Shown here: positions 23,001 through 35,548 of the stretch, piece by piece
How positions within the stretch are numbered: the first letter of the stretch is position 1
How the letters are laid out: every line of letters begins with the position of its first letter
Assembly (NCBI GenBank): GCA_034226945.1
Contig: CP120453.1
Coordinates: 1,178,001-1,242,000, forward strand
Source of the DNA: Picochlorum sp. SENEW3
Taxonomy: Eukaryota
Direction of reading: 5' to 3'
Length of the DNA: 64,000 bases
Program-made: the position numbers and the translations under genes
The notes under the pieces: model-generated
Database searches by the model: none
Told to the model about the DNA's origin: nothing
Seen by the model: the letters and a program-made list of their open reading frames with translations, nothing else

Positions 23001-26000
23001 TGCTATCGTTAGATTTGGAAATATCGAGTTCGTATAAAGATGACGCCTCTGCCCAGGATCCATTTTTCTCCGCTGCAAGCCTTTGATCTTCCAATTTGCT
23101 AGGGCCTTGTCTCAGTTTCATGATACCATCTAATCCATCGGGCTCCTCTAGCTCTCCATATATTTCTAATAAGAGTCCCACATATTCGTCTGAGAATTTG
23201 GCTGAAGATGCCGCAGCAATGTTTGCACCGCCTCCTGATATCAGCCGAAGATGTGTCTCAAAATATAGCAGGGCTCTGGCATGTGCTCCACATTTTGAGG
23301 CAGCATGTGCCAATTGAACCCGCGGTATACTTTCAATCAATTCATAAAGAATTTTCCAATCAAAAGATCCTAGGAAATCATCTTTACTTACTTCCTTGTC
23401 GGTGGCACCAGCTTTGCTTTCTTCTAACCAGAGATGAAGAGTATCAAGCATTGAAAAGATAGCCTGCATACAGAGGACACCATCCCTCGATGGCCTCTCG
23501 TTCTCCTTAAATACTCGAAGAAACTCTTCTACAATAGATGACTTTGCCTGTTTCCCTTTATGGTCCAAGTACGAGAGAATGATGTATGGAGCAAGCATCA
23601 TTCCTGTAGATGCATCAAAGCGAATCACGGGGCTCACTGCTTTGAAAAAGGAAACAGTTGATCCGGGGCCACAGTCATCCACTAACTTAATCAACCATCT
23701 TCCGAACCAAACAATGAATTGCATGTTGGGCTGATAGATAATGCTTTGTGGCTTTTTTGTTGCTGATGTCACAGAGTACCTGGAATCCAAGTAGGGCCTC
23801 ACAATTGCTTGTGTCTCCTCTGGGAGTGAGTCAAAAAACAATGTGCTTCTTTTGCTTCTAGAAGCTCTCTTTCTGTCAACATTCAACGCATCACATCTCA
23901 ACACATCTTGAATTGCCAATGTTGTGAAGTCAAGCCTCTGCATATTTGGTGCTGTCTTCAACAGTTTTGCAAGGTAGTTCACCATTGTATGCTTTGCCAA
24001 CTCAGTAATTGTTCTATGCCTGGTCGATTCGAATGAAAAATTTATTTTTATCCGCGATGGATCTATAGCACCGATCATACCAAGACATTCAGCGCAAAGG
24101 TTCCGAGCAGTAAGGCTCACTTTCGAACTTGCCTCAGGCTCAGAACTCATTATCAGGGCAGATATCAAATCCCTCAGCAGACTAGCGTCCTCGACCTTTG
24201 CAGTGGAGGAACTAATAGAGATCAGCCATTGGCGTTGGGATAAGAATAGACTTCTCAGCTCGCGCAACGTGACAACTCGTACATCCAGGGATTCATCCTT
24301 CAGTCCCTCTAAGAGAGATCTCACTTTCTCATCCACAGTGGCAACCCTGCTTTGCTCCTGAAGGCTTTCACTCATTTTCTTCAACTCAGGAGACGATTGA
24401 GGAATCGGGGGCAAAGAATGCAGCTTTTCAGGAAACAATTTCCTGCAAGCCTCAATAAGGACTTCAAGTGCTGCAAATGCTGCAGTACCTACAGGCCCTT
24501 CCTCCTGCAAACAATCAAGAAGGGCCACAACTATCTGATTTGCCACACTTCCAAGTTGTAAAGGAGCATCTGATGTAAGAGATCGGACTAGATAGGTCCA
24601 TCCAATGAGTCCTTGAACTCTTACATCCGCAGGATTTGCTGGACGAATGGAGGCTGATAACAGGACTAGAAACTGAGGGAGAAAGCGACCGACAAACCTC
24701 CCTGTCAGTCGAATGAGAAAGATGACACCCCTGACAACTTTCAGGGGTCCTCGTGAGCGATGAAAATCTGAAGCGCTTCCTTCTTTCGCCAGATATACCT
24801 CCAGCATATCCCCAAGCTGTTTCAGCATCCGTGTTGTATGATCCCCTTCAGCCAAAAGGGCAGACACGTCCATGTTTGTATCCGAGCTCTTCTCCCCTGA
24901 TTTCGAGATAATAAGGGCAATATGTTGAGAAATATGCTCAACAAGGCTATCCGGTAGGATCCCTTGGCAAGAATTCCAGGCATTGCTGGAGCCTGTTTGC
25001 AAAATCAGTTCTGACAAGGTTCTTGGGGTGATTGAGGAGGCCATGTGCATAAAGTCATCCCCAGTGATTTCTTCGACAATCTCCACGAATGTGTTTATTG
25101 TTGGGATCCCATTCATTAGTGCGGATGTGAGAGGATAATGTCCATATTGAAGAAGGAGTTGCTTTGGTGAAATGCCCAGTTGTTTTGATAACGTGCTGAT
25201 CTCTGCAGCACCACCCTTCTCGCAAATTGCTGGGAAAATAGTTGACATACATGCAGCCAAAAGATCTTTTGTAGACATATCGAGTAAATCTGCAAGCTCA
25301 TCGAGAAGATCTACTTTCCTTGGAAGACATGGGCCAAGAATTTCAAGCAATGGTTGATTTTGCAACAAAATATCTTTCAATGGTCTACCCTGAGCTTTAG
25401 CAATACCTACAAATATGCAAAGAAAATATTTTCATCCATCGCATATGATCTGCAAATATATCAGACTTCAAAAACACTCACCAAAGAGGCAATGGGCTGC
25501 AAGTGAACTGATCACAGGATCCTTTGATTCCAGGTGGAATATCAGTATGGTTTGGCACAAATTGACTGCATTGACATTCCTCATAGCGATTGTGCAATAC
25601 AATAAAGAGGATAGGACATTTTCAAATATGTATACCTTCTCAATAGAGTTTGGCAAGGCCGATTTGATCAATTTCACAACTTCATTCTCTCCATGATGTG
25701 TTGCAGAGCTCCTATCCTTCGAATTTATAGGATGTTCTTTTGGTAGGGTCACTGCCAAAATGAAATTCTCTCTCGTAATCACTGGTATACATGAGAAAAA
25801 AGCCCTTGAGATAATTCCTCTGCCCTGAAGGGCAGTCAGAATGTAGCGAGCAAGTCCCCTCCATTCATCTGAATCCGTTGCGGAAGCCCTCTCCATCCCT
25901 AGCATGCTGGTGCATATCAGCAATGCGGCTAATTCGTCTGATTTATTTTCTTTCTGAGCTATACTATACAAAATTTGAGATATTGCCCGAGATATTTTTG

Positions 26001-28170
26001 GCTGCAACTTGCTATAGTCCCCTGAGAGTGCCTTGCCCAAGCCACCAGGGTTGTCAAGAACAATTGCCTGTCGTGCTAAATCAAACACAGCATGCATGTC
26101 TGGCCACTTTCGAAGATATAGCAGCAGCCCCAAGACAACCTTATAACACATATCATCAGATACATCACTCACAGCCACGATAAAACGAGCGGCATCCATT
26201 GCAATATCAGACTTTTTCTTTGCTCTCCTATCAGGCTTGCTTCCTTGTTCACAGAGCATGAGAGCAATCACAGGAATGAAGTGAATCATCTCGCCATGCA
26301 TACCATCCTTTTTTATTTGTACATTTTCTACTGACGTAGCAAAATTACCTCGAAGCGTATCGTTGAAAAGCGCCAACATACCCACATCTTTTGAAGGACA
26401 GTACTTCATGCAAGCACTGCACTTTGCCAGGCAATTTCCAAGCGACGCACTCCACATATTCTTGATATATAGGTCCGAGATAACCCCTATCAGTAAAATG
26501 ATATAGTGGGAGTAACTCTTCGCAAGATCGTCGAGAATCTGTCTGGACTGGAAATCGTCAATGATTGCTGCAGCACATTCAGCAGCAGAATCTCTGTTCA
26601 AGCATGCTACAAATGAGACTGAGAGTGCAATCTTCTGCAACGACTCCCCAACATCTTTCTTCGAAGAGGACGCAAAACAGTCGATAACACCATCACTCTC
26701 CAAGTACAATGAATCCAATATCCCCCTAAAAACTTTTCTAAGAGATGGCCAAGACACTTGACTACTAGGGCTCTGAGAGCTTCCAAGGGATCCATCATCA
26801 ACTTTCCGAATCGGACTACTTAACCCTCCATCCGAAGTTCTCTGCTTCTTCTTCTTATGCGAAGACGACACGACTCCATCGCGGGCTTGCAGTCGCCTAT
26901 TCCTACAACTCTCTAAACAAGCAGAATGCAGAACTCCTATGAGCAAACTCACATCTTCCTTCGGATACACTGATAAAATCACAAAAGCACTCTGCAACAA
27001 AGATTTATACGACTCTAGATCGAACTTCGACATGATCCGGAACACAGACGAACGCTGCACCCCCAGCTCTGGTGCATCTGCCACACACTCTGCAAAAGTC
27101 TGCACCCATGCACGCATACTAGACACTGCATTACTTGTCGATGACAGGCGCATAATACAACTCTCAAGCGTCTCAAGCACTTGAACCCTTGTAATAGACC
27201 CGGTATTCTCCTCCAAGGATTCCCCTAATCGGCTCCAAATAACCCATACTATTGCTGCTAGACGTGTATGAAGATCCACCAGAGACCCTTCACTGTGAAT
27301 CACTGACATCTTCTGCGCCACCAAACAGTCACATTGTCGAAGCACCATGCGACATTGTTCCTCTAACACGACAGAGGATCTTAAATACAGTTCCAAATAT
27401 TCCAGACATACAGACTGGACAAGCTGGCTTGCTGAGAGCATGAGGTGCAGAGTCTTTGCAAACACAATTCCACCACACATCTGCAGCGATGTCGATATTC
27501 TCCTCCCAAGCTGAGTACACGTACTAATAACACCAGATATAATCCTTTCACATCCTTTGCCGTCCACTGAAATGCTTTGAGGCGGCTTTTTACCACTAGG
27601 ACTAGCAACAGATGAAGACACAAAGCACTTGGACAAATCCAACCTGCTGCTACCAGGCCGCCCAGTTTCATACAAGACCACAGCCACCTGACAAACCTCA
27701 TCCATCAACGTACTGCACAGCATCATGACGCATCTCTCATAACTCCACACATCAACCTGATGCATCTTCTTCAAGACTTTTGCCATACACACAGCACTCT
27801 TCTCCACCATTGTCTTGTTCGAACATCGCATCAGTATCATGACAAACCGATCCACGATATGTAACAATACAGCCGACGAGTCCCCCGCCAGCCAATTCGG
27901 AACTTTATCCAATGTCAACTCGAGCAACTCGAGCACAGCCAACAACTCCCTCGACCCAGCGGACGAGTTCGACACGGCCACATCAATCAACTGCAGCAAA
28001 ATCCCACGAAGTCTATTCCTAGCATCCTGCTGTTGATTTTGAGTCCCAATGCCACCGTCGTTGTCGTCTTCTGCTGCACCGAGAGCGATGATTTCGCCGA
28101 TTTGCTGAACCAACTGGGCCAGTGGAACGCGACTGAGATTCGATGCGGGACTATCTGACGCCAACATCAT
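20085..28170 (-). CDS. ATR: Serine/threonine kinase ATR (PIKK); exons 28170-25482, 25406-22560, 22495-20085
   Basis: HEAT region, CAECLGMIGAIDP, FAT (CGAHARALLYFE, ESYARAYPYLVKLH, WRDRL), kinase (KPKDDLRKDNRMME, GLGDRHLEN, IDFGCLF, PEVVPFRLT) and FATC (ENLSRMYIWWQAWY). Introns 25481-25407 and 22559-22496 join the three ORFs in frame. Confidence 0.96.
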
Positions 28171-28586
28171 CCTTAGGAAATCATGGTTTTGTACCCCTAG
28201 AGAGAGCTGTACTACTACGCAAATAAAAGATCAGGTTCGTTTGTCCGTTCTAAAGTCAACTGCAAGTACAACTGAACTCTGTATTTTTTTCAACCACACC
28301 CACTCTTCATCGTACGCAGTCGTATCAATAAATAAAACATTTTTATATTCATAATAAGATGGAAGAATGTCTTGGTAGCAATAGCAAAAAGTCTGATGAA
28401 TTTCAATCCCAATATTGGGCCCATGCGCATGGCATGCCATGAATCCATTCGAATGGCCAGTTGGATACTGTGGGGTAACCATGGATGCGCATCTTACTAC
28501 TGGGAACAATGGCATCGCTCCATGAACTACATAGTAGTAGATCCTGAGTCATAAGAATAACACATTGTGATAGGTTTGGAGTTAGC

Positions 28587-30057
28587 ATGGCGAGTGAGCA
28601 AAGGGAAGAGCCTCTTCAGGGCCAAACAGAGGCTGGCGTGGAGGAAATTACTGCTTCTGTCAAGGAGATCATGTTGAAAAATGACGATGAGTACGTTGGA
28701 ATACTTGATGATATGAGCGCCGCATGCGGCTGAGACGTGCCTAGTTAGGGGAGCTGTTTGAGTCGTTTTGTCAATGCAATTCCAAAACTTGGTGGTGGCG
28801 GTTTGTCCGTATTTTTCTGATTGGCACGTTTGAATATGCGTTCAGGCTCACATCGGATGAGAAATACGTGTTATGTCGGAGCATTGGAGAGGAATGTCTT
28901 ATGGAGGCGGAACTGAAAAACTTGCTGGAGAAGAAGCCCAACCCAGTGGCGTATGATGGATTTGAACCATCGGGGAGGATGCATATTGCCCAGGGTGTGA
29001 TGAAGGCTCTTAATGTGAACAAGTTGACGAAGAGTGGGGTGACGTTCCGTTTCTGGTGCGTCTGATTGACCTACGTATACAAAAGATGCCTGGTTTGTTT
29101 GAACTGACGATTGTTTTGTCTGCTGCGTAGGGTGGCTGATTGGTTTGCTCAGATGAACAATAAGATGGGAGGTGATCTGAAAAAGATTCAAAACGTTGGC
29201 AAATATCTGATTGAGATTTGGAAAGCGCTCGGGATGGATATGGACAAGGTGGAATTCCTTTCTGCATCAGAGGAGATTAATAAAAGGCCTGATGAGTATT
29301 GGACACTGGTTATGGATGTTGCTCGCAAGAATAACTTGAAACGAATTATTCGATGCTCTCAGATTATGGGTAGAAACGAGACGGATGAGCTTTCAGCTGC
29401 CCAGATATTCTACCCATGTATGCAGTGTGCAGATATTTTCTTCTTGAAGGCTGATATTTGTCAACTGGGCATGGATCAAAGGAAAGTGAATGTGTTGGCG
29501 AGAGAATATGCTGATGACTGTCGACCAAAGCGTAGAAAGCCAATCATTTTATCCCATCCAATGCTTCCTGGTTTATTGCAAGGACAGGAGAAGATGAGCA
29601 AGAGTGATCCAAATTCTGCAATCTTCATGGAGGACTCGGAGTTGGAAGTTAGAACAAAGATTAAAAAGGCGTACTGCCCTCCTGGTGAGATTGAAGGCAA
29701 TCCATGTATTGCATATGTGAAGCATATTGTGTTGCCATGGAATACAGAGTTTGAGATTGAGCGCTCCGATGATAATGGTGGGAACAAGTGCGTGCAGGCT
29801 CTTGTTGCTGCGTTTCTAGTAGTTATGTGCATGATATATATTGATATATGTTTTTTGGTCATGAGTGCAGGGTGTACACTGACTATGATGAATTGGTCAA
29901 GGATTATACAAGTGGTGCATTGCATCCTGGTGATTTGAAGCCTGCGTTGGCCAAGGCCCTCAACAGAATTCTTCAACCTGTTCGTGATCATTTCGAGAAT
30001 GATCCGCAAGCCAAAGCGCTATTAAAACAGGTAAAATCGTACAAAGTTACCAAATAG
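28587..30057 (+). CDS. Cytosolic tyrosyl-tRNA synthetase; exons 28587-28690, 28846-29055, 29131-29787, 29871-30057
   Basis: YDGFEPSGRMHIAQG, YPCMQCADIF, CQLGMDQRKVN, KMSKS, LHPGDLKP; three GT-AG introns keep frame. Confidence 0.95.
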
Positions 30058-30070
30058 ATTCATGACTGTG

Positions 30071-30113
30071 TGTAAATAGATAAATAAATAAATACATACA
30101 TAAATAAATACAC
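30071..30113 (+). repeat. (TAAA/TACA)n microsatellite starting with a TGTAA poly(A) signal, between convergent genes
   Basis: tgtaaatagataaataaataaatacatacataaataaatacac. Confidence 0.6.
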
Positions 30114-30114
30114 A

Positions 30115-31255
30115 TCAATGGCATTCAGCCCTCAGCTTTTTGAATGCCTCAAGTGTCGCGTAAGGTTGCCCCGTGACTGGATCTCTATACTTGGCAGGTA
30201 ATTTTGTTATCGGGCATATTGGCTTTTCTGGCGGTGGGGGCGCCACCTGCTGTTCTAAATACTCTGGCGTCTTCATATTCCTCACCTCGATACTGCTCTG
30301 CTCATACCCCTCACCGTTTTTGATTGATTTGAAACTAATCATAGGACCAATATATTTCGACTTTGTCGCATTTGCTCTCTTTTTATTTTCCTCCTCCACT
30401 GCCTCTAAATACTGCAGGGAGCGGATATTCTCAATTTCTGTTCGCGCAGCCTCAGCCAACAACTCAGCCTGCGTCAGCTGCTTGTGAACGACAGGCTTGA
30501 ATGATTTCTTACTCTTCAATCCTTCCTGAATCTTTCTCATTTCCTTGGCATCTTCTACTTTTCTACGTGTCGAATTCCTGACACTCATGGTACGTTCAGG
30601 TGGAATAACAACACCCTTGTCTACAATGTGCACCTTCTTGGTCGGCTGAGATCCCGGAGGTTTCTTCCGCACTTGTTTCTTATATCCAGGGGGCTTCAAA
30701 ATCTTCTTTTTAGGCTCCATTGCCTGCGCCTGTGCTTCATTATCCTCTCCATCCTCCTCATCCTCATCTTCAGAATCCAAAAAGTCCTGGTCAAACTTGT
30801 CCTCCGGCTCCGATTCCGTTTCATACGCCTCATCCTGCTCTTCATCCGCGAAGAACTCCTGATTCCAAAAGTCTTCGTCTGCATCATCATCTTCTGGTAT
30901 CGCAAGTGCCCCTACCTTCTTTCCTCGTGTCGTCCGTTGAGGGAGCTCCCTGGGCGGAGGCATGACAAACTTCTTCTTCCCTCTCCTTTTTCGACGGCCA
31001 CTGTTTTCCTCACTATCACTTTCTTCTTCCTCAGAAGAAGAAGAGCTAGAGCTTTCCTCGTTGGAATCGATATCTGAATCCTCGGCGTCCATGTCTTCCT
31101 CTTCTTCCATAGCATCGTCTTTCTCGTCCAGTTCAGCCAATTCTGCTGAATTAGTTTTCATCTGCGAAAGTATATGTGATGAATTAATGGCTGATACACT
31201 GATACAGTGGGCCATCGCGAGTCTCTCAACGTACCTGTCGTCTGCTTCTAGTCAT
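30115..31255 (-). CDS. SWC2: SWR1 complex subunit YL1/Vps72/SWC2; probable intron 31234-31162
   Basis: RTTRGKK, FWNQEFFADEEQDEAYETE, LTQAELLAEAARTEIENIRSL, YL1_C CPITKLPAKYRDPVTGQPYATLEAFKKLR. Confidence 0.92.
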
Positions 31256-31792
31256 GGTGATACAAACAGCAGCTCAGACGATCCTCAACTCCAGTATTTT
31301 TCTTTTTAATTTTTAGTGTGTTGACAGTCACTCCAAGTGGAATGGATAGATGGAGATTGGTAGGAAATCGGATGGACCCCTCTTACCTTGACGCACACAT
31401 CTGGAGCTTGTGCTTTCATGTGCCAACAACAGACCCATAGAAATCACGTTTCGTCTGCCTTACAGCTCCTCCGTTTTGATACAGTGACGACAATATTGTA
31501 TTAGAGCAACTACAGAACGGGGGATGGAGCGAACCCTTTCTGGAACCCTGTGGATGTTTCTAGACTCCAGACCCATCTCTCTGCACTCCAACAGGGCGCC
31601 TCGAGGCCGGGTTGGTTCGATACCTGTGTTGTACAACTCTAGGCATAGATGTGTTTCCCTGAGTGGATTACATATAATCTATATAGACTCGAAAATACTT
31701 TGACGGTAGTCCGAGGACAATTGTATTTGAATTGGGTGCAGAAGTTGCGCACCCGTACACGAGTGCCGTGCTGACGTGGCAACTTTCCTGAT

Positions 31793-31850
31793 GATCTGGA
31801 AGCATCTGGAACCTTCGAGATGCAATGCTGACTCAGAAAAGATATAAATA
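31793..31850 (+). promoter_or_regulatory. Heat-shock element array plus TATA box upstream of the small HSP gene
   Basis: Alternating pentamers gATCt gGAAg cATCt gGAAc cTTCg aGATg (31793-31822) and TATAAA at 31844. A further TTCtgGAA lies at 31538. Confidence 0.75.
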
Positions 31851-31961
31851 CGACACGACCTCGGATCACTTGGCAGACAAATATATAATTGAATCATATT
31901 GGAACTACGTACTGTGTTCAAGTGAAACCCTATTAAAAAAGAACAGCAAAGCAATAATACA

Positions 31962-32408
31962 ATGTCGCTTATGCCATTCAATTTCACGAAAGATGCCTTT
32001 TCTCCTTCCGAGGACTTTGGCTTTCCTCTTGGATTCCCATTGACAGGAACAGCCAAGCTCGAAGATATTAGACCAATGCCGCTGGATGTTGTAGAGAAGA
32101 AGGAGCACTACGATATCAAGGCGGACATTCCTGGTGTGAAGAAGGATGACATTCACATCATGGTGGACAAGGGCAACATTTTGAGGCTCAAGGTGGAGAC
32201 AGAATCTAAGAAAGAAGAGAAAAAGGACGAAGATGATGAGAAGTGGCACAGATATGAGCGTTCGTATAGTTTTGCACAGAGATCGCTCAGGATGCCTGAA
32301 GAGGCTGACCTTCAGCACATCAAGGCAAAGTACGAGGATGGAGTGCTCAAGCTGGTTGTGCCCAAGACCAAGGAAAGAGCCGTCCAAAATAGAGTCATGA
32401 TTGAGTGA
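31962..32408 (+). CDS. Small heat-shock protein (Hsp20/alpha-crystallin), cytosolic
   Basis: DVVEKKEHYDIKADIPGVKKDDI, WHRYERSYSFAQRSLRMPE, IKAKYEDGVLKLVVPK, terminal VxI motif. Confidence 0.96.
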   Translation: MSLMPFNFTKDAFSPSEDFGFPLGFPLTGTAKLEDIRPMPLDVVEKKEHYDIKADIPGVKKDDIHIMVDKGNILRLKVETESKKEEKKDEDDEKWHRYERSYSFAQRSLRMPEEADLQHIKAKYEDGVLKLVVPKTKERAVQNRVMIE

Positions 32409-32577
32409 TGATTTTCTCTTGTAGCATCGTCTACTAATTGTGTATGGTTTCCATTATTGAGTTTTTGTTAACAATTTTCATGTAAGCATCTTGTCATTGC
32501 AATTGTTGCATACCAGAGAACATGCTCTTGTATGTACAAGGTGGCCACTTGCCTTTCGTGACCAATCTGGGATACCA

Positions 32578-34449
32578 TCAACCTTTGAAAAAGTTGCTTG
32601 TACTGATGTACCCCATGGATTTGAATTTTTTCTTCACGCATCGAACTGTACTGATGATGTCCATGGTATCCAAGGGTATCACTGTCTTTGGAACACTGGA
32701 TTCCAGAAAGCTTTCAGGGCCCATTCCTTGACCAAGCAATGTGTTTTTGGTCGATTCAGGGCAGTGCACTGCCCTGTATTGAAATATTTCTCTCTTTTCC
32801 TCTGTACTTTCATCATAGTCATTGGCGATTCTACGAGCCGAGGAGCTCAAAGGCTGTGATAAACGCAGGAACACATCTGGGCATTGTGAAGAGCGCTTCT
32901 CATGAGAGATCTGTTTTCTTTGCTCTGTTTTTCTTAGTAGTCGACGATCTCTTGACCATGGAAATTGATTTAGAATCTTTTTCAGAGTCTCTTTCTCCTC
33001 TCGAAGGACATTGGTAGCAGATTGAATGAGTTCTATTTGGTGATCACCCCATGCTCCTCCGTCAACAATTTTTGCCAGTCTGACATTGTCCGAATAGAGC
33101 TGCTCAATGGCGTGTATTGCAAAGACATTTTGCTCTAGCAGAGTCATGAAATTACTCCCATCCACTAGACCACACCAACCATAAAAGGCTTTTGCCAGTA
33201 CACGATCGGAGTACGTTTCGGAGGCTTCCTTGTCCAACCTAGCCCAGTGCACAGAATCCTGCGTCACATTCCGCCACACGCTGAACGCACTCTGCCTCCT
33301 ATTATGATCTTTTTTACATTTTATATGCCTCTCTGATCGGCTTAATGTGCTGCTGTAGATCAATGCACAGAATGAAAGATATGCAAGACGATGTCTCCTC
33401 ATGCACGCTGACATCTCATATTGGTATGTTGCAATCTGTGGCCTCTGCAACGACTGTCTAAACGCCCTCAAACTCTTCGAAAGTGTTACAGATTTCCATT
33501 TATTCGATGAACGCCTTTCTTGAGTCACCTCAAGGATACTTTCAGCGGCGACATGTCTCCAGATCGGGAATAGTCTGGCCAAGCTCTTTCTTGAATGGAA
33601 GGCTTCTGCTTTAATACCTTGCTGCCTGCTACATCTCTTTGTATCACAATACACAATCCAATGATGTAAAATCCTGCGAAGTCTTTGACGCTTACAGTAT
33701 ACTATTGGTCTCGAGGCTGCCCCATCCAACTTGTGCATGAGGAAGCAGATCTGGTCATCTTTCAACTGCACCACCTTTTTCCAGCGCCGTCTCGTACTAT
33801 ATATTCTCCAGAACTGAAATGCAATTCTTTTCAATCTAGTTTCGATAATGGCACGTTTCTGCAATATGAACAGCACAATGTCTTAGATTTCTGCTTCGAT
33901 GGACACCCACTGTGAGGAAACACCCACCTGCTCTGCTTCAAAGTCACTCACACAGGACACGCCCTTGGACACACGCGTGACGGAACTATCTTCCATCACC
34001 TCCTTCTCATGTTGAGATTTTACTTGCCGTTTTTGAGGCTCCTGACTACGGCTATTCACTGAGATGGATACTGAGTTGGCCAAGAATCTAAACGGCTGCC
34101 TTCCAGACTCAGTCTGTGAATGAGGATCCTCATCATTCTTTTCATCCCATGAAGGAGTCCCTGTGACCCTAGTTTTCTCATCTGATACTATAGTTTTAGC
34201 AGACAAGGATGTCAGCGGAAGACTGAGCGATTTCCCTGAGATGGCAGGGCATACCACCAAAGAGGACTCTCTTGAACTGGCAGCCTCCTCAATCTCAGAC
34301 CAACTTTCGCCCTTTGCCTGACTATAGCACGTCTGATCACCCTCGTGACACCTCAAAGTCGGAGACTGATGTGTTACAGGCTCTACAAACCTTACTCTCT
34401 TCGTTTCCATGACAACGTTCTTGTCAACAGGAGGTGGAAATGATCCCAT
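32578..34449 (-). CDS. Protein with Sfi1-like (centrin-binding) Trp repeats and a coiled coil; intron 33927-33859
   Basis: Recurring L..(F/L)..W units: IAFQFWR, LRRILHHWI, LARLFPIWR, RQSAFSVWR, LAKAFYGWC. A phase-0 intron joins the two ORFs. Confidence 0.55.
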
Positions 34450-34730
34450 GAAAATTCACGAAATGGCATAGCAATACCCGCATACATACCGCATGCTCTC
34501 ATCTTTCATAAGTTACAAAATGAAACGATAGTTTTTGATTCAAGACTTTGGGATTGTCGGTCAAAATACGGTATTGTTGAACAAACAAACAAGCAAACAG
34601 CCTTTGAGTACAAGTCAATATCCTTTTACCAGAACAAGGCTGTATTCCAACTGAACTCATAGTTGGATAAAATATTAATTTCAGATCTCTTGGAGTATTT
34701 TGAATCATTTAGGCCAAAAATTCGCCCCAC

Positions 34731-35516
34731 ATGGATTTTGACCCATTGACTGCAGACTATCCGTCTCGTAATATTACTCTAGAGGACGATGAGGCTGCTT
34801 ATAATTTAAATATGAAGGAAATATATGTCCAAGAGCCCACGATTGCGATGGGAGACGGATCCCAAGGTGACTGTAACCGCCTTGTGGTGCTCTGTGGAAC
34901 CTCTGCAAGTTGCTTGGAGGAGACTGTTGTGGACGGGGAGGCCATTGGTACTATTACCATGCCGGTGCTATCATATGGATCTATTCGATCTGATACTGTG
35001 CCTAGTAGTAGAAAAGGGGTGTCCAAAGTATACCGGGGGATGTATAGTGATATTGTGATCTGTATGGAAACATGTCCTTCACAGGAGCAGGCAGTGGCAT
35101 GGACAGAGTGCGTCATGGGGGTTTTTAAACCATCATCTGTGGTCGTTGTTGGGTCAACACCTGGGTATCAATTCAAAGGAGAAATTGACGGGTCGAATGG
35201 CGAGCTACTATGCAGCGTGCGTAGCAGTGCTTGTGTGAATAGTGCAGATGCACCTGAACTTCCATTAGGAAATGTATTGGGAGGAATAGAAGCGGCCTTG
35301 ATGCTTCATTGCGAGCTACAGAATATTCCAGCGCAAGGTATTATTGTCATAGAAATAGCACAGTGCCCAAAGTATGACTTATTGTGCGAACTAGGAGGTG
35401 CATTGATGTCTGTGCTTGGACAAAAGAGCACACTTGGGCGTGAGGCAAAGGCAGTCATCAAGAAGAGTGCTGCGAGGAAATACGCGTCTTCTGCTGATTT
35501 ATCAGTGTATACATGA
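34731..35516 (+). CDS. PSMG1: Proteasome assembly chaperone 1 (PAC1/PSMG1-like)
   Basis: N-terminal PSR motif, LPLGNVLGGIEAALMLHCELQNIPA, C-terminal HbYX tail (VYT). Confidence 0.7.
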   Translation: MDFDPLTADYPSRNITLEDDEAAYNLNMKEIYVQEPTIAMGDGSQGDCNRLVVLCGTSASCLEETVVDGEAIGTITMPVLSYGSIRSDTVPSSRKGVSKVYRGMYSDIVICMETCPSQEQAVAWTECVMGVFKPSSVVVVGSTPGYQFKGEIDGSNGELLCSVRSSACVNSADAPELPLGNVLGGIEAALMLHCELQNIPAQGIIVIEIAQCPKYDLLCELGGALMSVLGQKSTLGREAKAVIKKSAARKYASSADLSVYT

Positions 35517-35548
35517 TCAATATATATAGCATCATGGTAAAGAAAGCG

